From the IMG/VR virus record IMGVR_UViG_3300044998_000961: 37,601 bases of DNA; one strand, 5' to 3'. This document shows positions 24,669 to 30,655 of this stretch, one piece after another. Origin of the DNA: a virus. The translations under genes were made by a program, and so were the position numbers. Position 1 is the stretch's first letter. Each line of letters starts with the position of its first letter. Under the pieces are notes generated by a model. That model was given only the letters and a program-made list of their open reading frames with translations. It did no database searches and was not told where the DNA came from.

Positions 24669-25520
24669 TCATTCGCCTACCAGACAACTGACCGTACTGC
24701 CCAGCAACGGGCGGTAGATCGTGATCTCCTCGCCCGGTTGCGGCGCGGTCTCTTCGACCGCGCCGGCGAACTGATCTGGATGCATCAAATATTCGCATGG
24801 CATCCATGCATATTCGACATCCCACTCGTCGGCCCGAATGATAAATTTCTGCAAGGCCTCGTAGAGGCCCTCTTCGTTTTGGTGCCGCACCCAGAAAACG
24901 TCGTCGCCTATTAGATAGGCTTTCCCCACCCGCTCGGCTGCTGCCGAGCGCTCTTCCGGGGACAGCGGGCGCTCGACCGGGCACGTCTGCGCGTGCTCGA
25001 TGACGCGCAGCGTGGTTCGGAGATTGTCACGAATATCCGTGCGCAAACTGGCACGGTACGTTCGTCTCATCCAGATTCGGATGTTGTTATTATCCCGAAT
25101 CTCGCTATCGTCTTTTGTCTCGAGATCCTCGATAATCTCGAGCAAACCGTAGAGAACATCCTCCACGTCGCCATTACTGGCATCGTGGTACAAGTCCGCC
25201 AGCGTCAACGCGCCTATTTTCCGCGCTTCTGCCTCCGCTTCTGCGATGTTGCCCGGATTGATGTTCCAGGCAAACCGCTCGTATCCCACGGATTGCCGAA
25301 AAAAGATGCCTGCCGCATCGCCGGCGAGGCGGCAGGCTATGTCCATTCGAATATCGAATGGAGCGACCTTGTCTATGATCCATGCGATATCGAAGGAATC
25401 CGGGTGGTGCTCCGCAATCTCCTCCAGTGAGCGGGGTTCGTTCCCCGCCCAATCGAGAAACCGCACAATTCCTTCTAGGTACGCATTGTGTTGTTTGAGC
25501 CAGGTTCGATCGATTTTCAT
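24669..25520 (-). CDS. MKID-family paralog P2 (long form, 283 aa), unknown function
   Basis: First gene behind the promoter-leader cassette at 25521-25630. It has the family N- and C-modules. Confidence 0.8.
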   Translation of the reverse strand: MKIDRTWLKQHNAYLEGIVRFLDWAGNEPRSLEEIAEHHPDSFDIAWIIDKVAPFDIRMDIACRLAGDAAGIFFRQSVGYERFAWNINPGNIAEAEAEARKIGALTLADLYHDASNGDVEDVLYGLLEIIEDLETKDDSEIRDNNNIRIWMRRTYRASLRTDIRDNLRTTLRVIEHAQTCPVERPLSPEERSAAAERVGKAYLIGDDVFWVRHQNEEGLYEALQKFIIRADEWDVEYAWMPCEYLMHPDQFAGAVEETAPQPGEEITIYRPLLGSTVSCLVGE

Positions 25521-25590
25521 TGGTTTCCTCCTTGCCGCGCGATAGCGCGCGTGTGGCCCCCACGAGGGGGTGTTTGAATATCATGACGCA

Positions 25591-25619
25591 ATTATAGCAC
25601 AATCATAATGCAATGTCAA
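25591..25619 (-). promoter_or_regulatory. Perfect-consensus sigma-70 promoter (cassette copy a) driving P2 and P1
   Basis: Minus strand reads TTGACA (25619-25614), 17 nt, TATAAT (25596-25591). Confidence 0.8.
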
Positions 25620-25677
25620 CGGGTATTTTTATGACAAAACTGTCATCAAATAGTTCGATCAATTATCAAATTGCCTA

Positions 25678-25705
25678 TTGATCATAGCGAAAGTTGTGGT
25701 ATGAT
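25678..25705 (+). promoter_or_regulatory. Sigma-70 promoter with extended -10, driving the small acidic-protein / RHH operon
   Basis: TTGATC (25678-25683), 16 nt ending in TGG, TATGAT (25700-25705). Confidence 0.7.
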
Positions 25706-25709
25706 GTTA

Positions 25710-25731
25710 TTATCAATAATCCGATTGATAA
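25710..25731. promoter_or_regulatory. Operator-like inverted repeat overlapping the predicted transcription start
   Basis: TTATCAAT-aatccg-ATTGATAA begins 5 nt after the -10. A related pair, TTATCAA-8 nt-TTGATCA (25663-25684), overlaps the -35. Confidence 0.5.
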
Positions 25732-25746
25732 TGAAAGGAACCCACA

Positions 25747-25989
25747 ATGACCACCGTAACCATCCGCATCACCCGCGAACGCTTGGCGGCCATGGACGAC
25801 CACGAGATGGTCGTCTATGGAACCCCGAACACGTGGGAGCCCTATTGGGCCTCACGGCCAAGCTTTATGTATGACAAGTGCCTCGCAACGCCACGCGATT
25901 TCTATGAGTTTTACGATCTCGATCGTGAAGCCTGTGACGATGACGAGGATGAGATTCTCGAGTTGACGGTTGTCGTTGATGAGGAATAA
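25747..25989 (+). CDS. Small, strongly acidic hypothetical protein (80 aa)
   Basis: About 21 D/E against 7 K/R by my count. The C-terminus is REACDDDEDEILELTVVVDEE. First gene after the 25678 promoter. Confidence 0.55.
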   Translation: MTTVTIRITRERLAAMDDHEMVVYGTPNTWEPYWASRPSFMYDKCLATPRDFYEFYDLDREACDDDEDEILELTVVVDEE

Positions 25990-26049
25990 CGTCGATATGT
26001 CATGGAAGCGAGGGGGGGATACCCCCTCGCTTCCGCTAGGAGCAAAACC

Positions 26050-26271
26050 ATGAAATTGAACGTGAATCGCTATTACGATCTTACCTGGAATGCGGAGGAT
26101 CAAGAGGGGAAATGGACAAGCGATGATGAAGGCTGTCTCGTGCTCCTCTGCCAGGAGCACGGTGACTTGCTGGAAGACGCCGGCGAAACCCAGTGGGCCG
26201 GCAACGGCGACTATGGCCACCTGTGTCGCTGTGAGTATCCCGGCTGCCTCATCAATAATGGTGTCAAATGA
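26050..26271 (+). CDS. Small acidic Cys-rich hypothetical protein (73 aa)
   Basis: ATG 26050 has an aggag RBS. It has six Cys (CLVLLC, CRCEYPGC) and a net negative charge. ATGA overlap with the RHH gene. Confidence 0.55.
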   Translation: MKLNVNRYYDLTWNAEDQEGKWTSDDEGCLVLLCQEHGDLLEDAGETQWAGNGDYGHLCRCEYPGCLINNGVK

Positions 26272-26474
26272 CCGGGAATAAGCGCAGTGGCAATCGAGGG
26301 AGCCGCCGTGGCCGCCGGCTGCGGCGCTCCTTCACGCTCCCTCAGGAAGTGGCGCTTGCTTTTCGCTTGTGGTGTTGGGCGATCTATGGTCGCCCAACGA
26401 CACCCGAAGAAGAGCAGCAGGAGATCGCGCGGATCGTACAGGCAGCGATTGCCCAATCCGCGCCGGAAGCATAG
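26268..26474 (+). CDS. Ribbon-helix-helix (CopG/Arc-like) DNA-binding protein
   Basis: A basic N-terminus is followed by RSFTLPQEVALAFRLW (strand plus helix A) and PEEEQQEIARIVQAAIAQ (helix B). A terminator follows immediately. Confidence 0.55.
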   Translation: MTGNKRSGNRGSRRGRRLRRSFTLPQEVALAFRLWCWAIYGRPTTPEEEQQEIARIVQAAIAQSAPEA

Positions 26475-26573
26475 TCATCATCGCCCACATCCTCTCAGGG
26501 ATGTGGGCGATTTCTTTCATCGCTGACGCGCTGCGGCCATTCCAGGTCGAGCGCGGCGTACCGTACCGCTGCT
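26299..26573. repeat. RHH-gene / bidirectional-terminator module, copy 2 (the only copy with an intact RHH ORF)
   Basis: Aligns with 23238-23513. Its 3' part also recurs at 30551-30641 and 31899-32010. Confidence 0.85.
26482..26518 (+). terminator. Intrinsic terminator after the RHH gene
   Basis: cgcccacatcc-tctcag-ggatgtgggcg followed by atttctttc. Confidence 0.75.
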
Positions 26574-26640
26574 TCGCATTGCGGCGCTTCATCCCACCGC
26601 GAAAGCGTGTGGGCTTTCGCGCCAAGGTTTCTGTAAAAGA

Positions 26641-26670
26641 ATGCCACCGGCTCGCTTGAGCCGGTGGCAT
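26641..26670. terminator. Bidirectional stem-loop terminator downstream of the tRNA
   Basis: atgccaccggctc-gctt-gagccggtggcat. It has T-rich tails on both strands (ttgatttg on plus, tcttttac on minus). Confidence 0.7.
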
Positions 26671-26679
26671 TTGATTTGA

Positions 26680-26752
26680 AACGAGAGACGGGGTTCGAAC
26701 CCGCGACATGCACCTTGGTAAGGTGGTGCTCTACCAACTGAGCTACTCCCGC
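26680..26752 (-). tRNA. tRNA-Gly-like gene with the atypical anticodon ACC
   Basis: The minus strand reads GCGGGAG TA GCTC AGTTGGTA GAGC A CCACC TTACCAA GGTGC ATGTC GCGGG TTCGAAC CCCGT CTCTCGT T. The cloverleaf has U8, A14, G18G19, U33 and a T-loop TTCGAAC. The body is close to the E. coli tRNA-Gly(GCC) I recall. Deviations are A34, a C27-C43 mismatch, G1-U72 and G4-U69 pairs, and no encoded CCA. Confidence 0.7.
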
Positions 26753-26761
26753 AATGCCATT

Positions 26762-26790
26762 AGTATAGCATAGCTCGGTTGGGAAAGCAA
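26762..26790 (-). promoter_or_regulatory. Dedicated sigma-70-type promoter for the tRNA
   Basis: Minus strand reads TTGCTT (26790-26785), 17 nt, TATACT (26767-26762). The -10 ends 9 nt before the tRNA 5' end. Confidence 0.6.
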
Positions 26791-26891
26791 ATCGTTAGCT
26801 CGAAAACCCTTTCGGCAGGTGGATCTGCCGATCGGGGCAGGCTATCATGGTGCGGCGCACCTGAACAAATGCCAGGTGCGCCGCACTATCC

Positions 26892-27344
26892 CTATGCTTC
26901 GGGCACGCTTCGCAACGCCTCGCGGAACATTGTGTCGATTTGCTCCGGCACGCGGCCGTCTCTTGTGAAATAATTTACGTATGTGAACATACAGTTTCTT
27001 ATTCTGCCAGCGCTGGCAGAATCACCAAGCATTTTGAGGCCTTCCGTCAGGCATTTCCACTTGACGCCGGCTCTGGCGAGCCGCATATAATCTTTTTCGC
27101 CTACCGGCGGCCAATCGTACCGATTGAATTCGCCGGTCGCCGCGTTGACCATATCGCAGGCCAACGCCATTCGAATGTCGAATGGACAAAGGAGATCTAT
27201 CAGCCATGCGAGATCTTTCGCATCCGGGTAGTGATCCGCGATTTCCTCGAGTGAGCGGGGCTGCTCCCCCGCCCACTCGACAAACCGCGCAATCCTCTCT
27301 GGGCAGGCATTGTGGCTTTTTAGCCACGCTACATCGATTTTCAT
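26892..27344 (-). CDS. MKID-family paralog P3 (short form, 150 aa), unknown function
   Basis: ATG 27344 lies behind cassette copy b. It has the family N-module up to the palindrome, then unrelated sequence ending IDTMFREALRSVPEA. Confidence 0.75.
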   Translation of the reverse strand: MKIDVAWLKSHNACPERIARFVEWAGEQPRSLEEIADHYPDAKDLAWLIDLLCPFDIRMALACDMVNAATGEFNRYDWPPVGEKDYMRLARAGVKWKCLTEGLKMLGDSASAGRIRNCMFTYVNYFTRDGRVPEQIDTMFREALRSVPEA

Positions 27345-27413
27345 GTCATTCCTCCTTGCCGCGCGATAGCGCGCGTGTGGCCCCCACGAGGGGGTGTCTG
27401 ATATCATGACGCA

Positions 27414-27442
27414 ATTATAGCACAATCATAATTCAATGTCAA
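27414..27442 (-). promoter_or_regulatory. Perfect-consensus sigma-70 promoter (cassette copy b) driving P3
   Basis: Minus strand reads TTGACA (27442-27437), 17 nt, TATAAT (27419-27414). Confidence 0.8.
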
Positions 27443-27520
27443 TGGGTATTTTTTTACGTCGATATGTAATGGAAGCGAGGGGGGATACCCCCTCGCTTCG
27501 TTGTCCAGATGCGCCGCACC

Positions 27521-28000
27521 CTATGCTTTGGGCAGAGCAACGCTCCGCAACGCCTCGCGGAACATTGTGTCGATATGCTCCGGCACGTCTTTGTCAAATT
27601 TGCTGACGAATGTCAACAATGTCTCGAGGACGCGTCCTCGGGACGCTTCCTCGTAGACATAGATGAGATCCTCCGACGATGCTCGCCAATTGAGCGCAAA
27701 TTCCAGGGCTTCCCCGATGTTGCCCGGATTGATGTTCCGGGCAAACCACCAGTGGCGGTAGCCGTAGCCTGGTCGCCGCGAAAAGATGCCTGCCGCCTCG
27801 CCGGCGATCTGGCAGGTTACGGCCATTCGATATTCGAATGGAGCGACCTTTTCTATGAGCCATGCGAGATCGAAGGAATTCGCGTGGTGCTCCGCGATTT
27901 CCTCGAGCGAGCGGGGCTCGTCCCCCGCCCACTCAACAAACCGCGCAATCACCTCTGGGCACGCATCGTGGCTTTTTAGCCACGCTACATCGATTTTCAT
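27521..28000 (-). CDS. MKID-family paralog P4 (short form, 159 aa), unknown function
   Basis: ATG 28000 has an aaggagga RBS after the intercistronic hairpin at 28022-28043. It ends IDTMFREALRSVALPKA. Confidence 0.75.
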   Translation of the reverse strand: MKIDVAWLKSHDACPEVIARFVEWAGDEPRSLEEIAEHHANSFDLAWLIEKVAPFEYRMAVTCQIAGEAAGIFSRRPGYGYRHWWFARNINPGNIGEALEFALNWRASSEDLIYVYEEASRGRVLETLLTFVSKFDKDVPEHIDTMFREALRSVALPKA

Positions 28001-28057
28001 TCTTTTCCTCCTTGCCGCTTCGTGGGCGGCCACAGCCGCCCACAGAAATGTTGAGGG

Positions 28058-28870
28058 CTAAATTCCTCCTTCGCCTACCAAACAATTGAACGTCCTGCCC
28101 AGCAACGGGCGGTAGATCGTGACCATCTCGCCGGGTTGCGGCGCGGTCGAAGAGACCGCGCCGGCGAACTGATCTGGATGCATCAAATATTCGCATGGTT
28201 CCCATGCATATTCGACACCCCACTCGTCGGCAATCATAATAAATCGCCGCAAGGCCTCGTAGAGGCCCTCTTCGGTTTGGCGACGCAGCCAGATGACGTC
28301 GCCGTTCATCATCTGGTAGGCTTTTCCTACGCGCTCGGCTGCTGCCGCGCGTTCCTTTGGCGTCAGCGCCCGCTCGACCGGGCACGTTTGTGCCCGGTGC
28401 ATGAGTCGCAGTGCGCGTCGCAGCGCGGTTCGGAGATTGTCACGCACCTCGCGAGCGTCGATTGAATCGAGATCCACAAAATCTTCGAAAGCACAGAGCA
28501 CTTTCACCACGTTGCCATTACTGGCATCGTGGTACAAGTCCGCCAGCGCGGACGCTTTCATCTGCCGCGCTTCTGCCTCCGCTTCTGCGATGTTGCCCGG
28601 ATTGATGTTGAAGGCAAACCGCGCGTGGCGGTCGCCCTCTGGTTGCTGCAAAAAGATGCCTGCCGCCTCGCCGGCGACCTGGCAACCTAAGTCCATTCGA
28701 ATGTCGAATGGACAAAGGAGATCTAGCAGCCATGCGAGATCTTTCGCATTCGGATGGTACATAGCAATCTCCTCCAGCGAGCGGGGCTGCTCCCCCGCCC
28801 ACTCGGAAAATCGCGCAACCCCCTCTGGGCAGGCATCGTGTTGTTTGAGCCAGGTTTGATCGATCTTCAT
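28058..28870 (-). CDS. MKID-family paralog P5 (long form, 270 aa), unknown function
   Basis: It has the family N- and C-modules and follows the 28885..29193 gene in the same operon. Confidence 0.8.
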   Translation of the reverse strand: MKIDQTWLKQHDACPEGVARFSEWAGEQPRSLEEIAMYHPNAKDLAWLLDLLCPFDIRMDLGCQVAGEAAGIFLQQPEGDRHARFAFNINPGNIAEAEAEARQMKASALADLYHDASNGNVVKVLCAFEDFVDLDSIDAREVRDNLRTALRRALRLMHRAQTCPVERALTPKERAAAAERVGKAYQMMNGDVIWLRRQTEEGLYEALRRFIMIADEWGVEYAWEPCEYLMHPDQFAGAVSSTAPQPGEMVTIYRPLLGRTFNCLVGEGGI

Positions 28871-28884
28871 TCTTTTCCCCTTCC

Positions 28885-29193
28885 CTAAATTGAGCGCTCA
28901 ATAATTTCGCGCTCAATGATGTCTATAGCCAAGCTTTGACGCGGATCTTTTCTGTAATGAATGAGCAATTTTGCTAATTCACTGATTGATGCTTGTTCTA
29001 CAATAGAAACAAGCGAACCGTCTTTTGTTGGGTTTTTCCCCCGCTCCACGAGCGGAGAAGACTCCGCCGGAATTTCGATTTCCTGAAGAGCTCTATCAAC
29101 AATTTCGCATTCAATTGCCCGCAATCTTGCGAGACGATCTGGGTGCGAGCTATTCCACCAGTAGTCAAGTTGTTTGCCAAGCTCCTTGATCAT
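28885..29193 (-). CDS. Hypothetical protein (102 aa) in a visibly lower-GC segment
   Basis: ATG 29193 has an aaggagga RBS directly behind cassette copy c. Unrelated to the MKID family. AT-rich compared with its neighbours. Confidence 0.55.
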   Translation of the reverse strand: MIKELGKQLDYWWNSSHPDRLARLRAIECEIVDRALQEIEIPAESSPLVERGKNPTKDGSLVSIVEQASISELAKLLIHYRKDPRQSLAIDIIEREIIERSI

Positions 29194-29261
29194 TGGTTCC
29201 TCCTTGCCGCGCGATAGTGCGCGGGTGGCCCCCACGAGGGGGTGTCTGATATCATGACGCA

Positions 29262-29290
29262 ATTATAGCACAATCATGATGCAATGTCAA
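29262..29290 (-). promoter_or_regulatory. Perfect-consensus sigma-70 promoter (cassette copy c) driving 28885..29193, P5 and P4
   Basis: Minus strand reads TTGACA (29290-29285), 17 nt, TATAAT (29267-29262). Confidence 0.8.
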
Positions 29291-29440
29291 TGGGTATTTT
29301 TTTACGTCGATATGTAATGGAAGCGAGGGGGGTATCCCCCCTCGCTTCGTTGTCCAGGCGCCGCACCCTATGCTTTGGGCAGAGCAACGCTCCGCTCATG
29401 CCCGCGCGGCGGCCGCCGGCCGCCGCGCGGCAGATGCCCT

Positions 29441-30229
29441 TCATTCGCCTACAATGCAACTGACCGTACCGCCCAGCAACGGGCGGTAGATCGTGATCTC
29501 CTCGCCCGGTTGCGGCGCGGTCGAAGAGACCGCGCCGACGAACTGATCTGGATGCATCAAATATTCGCATGGCTCCCATGCATATTCGACCCCCCACTCG
29601 TCGGCGATATACGCCGACTTCCAAAGAACCTCGTAGAGGCCCTCTTCGGTTTGGCGACGTACCCAGAAAACGTCGCCGTCTAGCTCATAGGCTTTTCCCA
29701 CCCGCGCGGCAGCAGCCGCGCGTTCCGCTGGCGTCAGCGCCCGCTCGACCGGGCACGTCTGCGCGTGCTCGATGAGGCGCAGCGCGGTTCGGAGATTGTC
29801 ACGAACCACGCGAGCGCCGATTGACTCGAGATCCACAAAATCTTCAAAAGCACAGAACACTTTTACCACTTTGCCCTTAGCTGCATCGTGGTACAAGTCT
29901 GCCAGCGCGGACGCTCCCATTGTCCGCGCGTCGGACTCCGCTTCCCCGATGTTGCCCGGATTGATGTTGAAGACATACCGCGCGTGGCGGTCGCCCTCTG
30001 GTTGCCGCGAAAAGATCGCGGCCGCCTCGCCGGCGATCCGGCAGGCTATCTCCTGGCGCCATTCGAATGGCGCCAGGAGATCTAGCAGCCATGCGAGATC
30101 TTTCGCATCCGGGTGGTACATAGCAATCTTCTCGAGCGAGCGGGGAGTCTCCCCCGCCCACTCGACAAACCGCGCAATCCCCTCTGGGCAGGCGTTTTGG
30201 TTTTGTAGCCAGGTTCGATCGATCTTCAT
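29441..30229 (-). CDS. MKID-family paralog P6 (long form, 262 aa), unknown function
   Basis: ATG 30229 lies behind cassette copy d. It has the family N- and C-modules and contains the 34-bp palindrome at 30048-30081. Confidence 0.8.
   Translation of the reverse strand: MKIDRTWLQNQNACPEGIARFVEWAGETPRSLEKIAMYHPDAKDLAWLLDLLAPFEWRQEIACRIAGEAAAIFSRQPEGDRHARYVFNINPGNIGEAESDARTMGASALADLYHDAAKGKVVKVFCAFEDFVDLESIGARVVRDNLRTALRLIEHAQTCPVERALTPAERAAAAARVGKAYELDGDVFWVRRQTEEGLYEVLWKSAYIADEWGVEYAWEPCEYLMHPDQFVGAVSSTAPQPGEEITIYRPLLGGTVSCIVGE
30048..30081. repeat. Perfect 34-bp palindrome inside P6 (same sequence as 24421-24454)
   Basis: ATCTCCTGGCGCCATTC|GAATGGCGCCAGGAGAT. Confidence 0.95.
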
Positions 30230-30299
30230 GTCATTCCTCCTTGCCGCGCGATAGTGCGCGGGTGGCCCCCACGAGGGGGTGTCTGAATATCATGACGCA

Positions 30300-30328
30300 A
30301 TTATAGCACAATCATAATGCAATGTCAA
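30300..30328 (-). promoter_or_regulatory. Perfect-consensus sigma-70 promoter (cassette copy d) driving P6
   Basis: Minus strand reads TTGACA (30328-30323), 17 nt, TATAAT (30305-30300). Confidence 0.8.
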
Positions 30329-30386
30329 CGGGTATTTTTTTTACGTCGATATGTAATGGAAGCGAGGGGGTATCCCCCCTCGCTTC

Positions 30387-30536
30387 GTTGTCCAGATGCG
30401 CCGCACCCTATGCTTTGGGCAGAGCAACGCTCCGCTCATGCCCGCGCGGCGGCCGAGACCGACGCGCGGCAGATGCCCTTCATTCGCCTACCAAACAACT
30501 GACCGTACCGCCCAGCAACGGGCGGTAGATCGTGAA
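30387..30536 (-). pseudogene. Truncated seventh MKID-family cassette (3' end only)
   Basis: 30480-30535 encodes ...TIYRPLLGGTVSCLVGE plus a stop, with no upstream body. 30387-30436 matches the last codons and stop of short form P4. The same 3' flank follows the intact P6. Confidence 0.7.
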
Positions 30537-30550
30537 ATAATAATAGATGT

Positions 30551-30641
30551 AGGAGATCGCGCGGATCGCGCAATTGCCTCCTGCCCAATCCGCGCCGGAA
30601 GCGGAGTCATCATCGCCCACATCCTCTCAGGGATGTGGGCG
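30551..30641. repeat. RHH 3'-end / terminator module, copy 3 (remnant) just upstream of the Dam-like gene
   Basis: ggagatcgcgcggatcg...ccgcgccggaagc...cgcccacatcctctcagggatgtgggcg. It has no start or stop for the RHH frame. Confidence 0.85.
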
Positions 30642-30655
30642 TGAGATAAAAATGT

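Noticed and set aside
25747-26474. Toxin-antitoxin reading of the small-protein / RHH operon
   Set aside because: RHH antitoxins normally precede their toxin. Here the RHH gene is last, and the two upstream proteins are small, strongly acidic and lack toxin motifs. It is kept only as a low-probability alternative.
26680-26752. tRNA as an attP or integration-site fragment of a temperate phage
   Set aside because: It is a full-length cloverleaf with its own promoter and terminator. No integrase or recombinase ORF is recognisable anywhere in the closed genome.
23754-30229. A diversity-generating retroelement as the source of paralog variation
   Set aside because: There is no reverse transcriptase ORF and no template/variable repeat pair with adenine-specific differences. 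Variation is modular (block replacement, hairpin flips) rather than point hypermutation.
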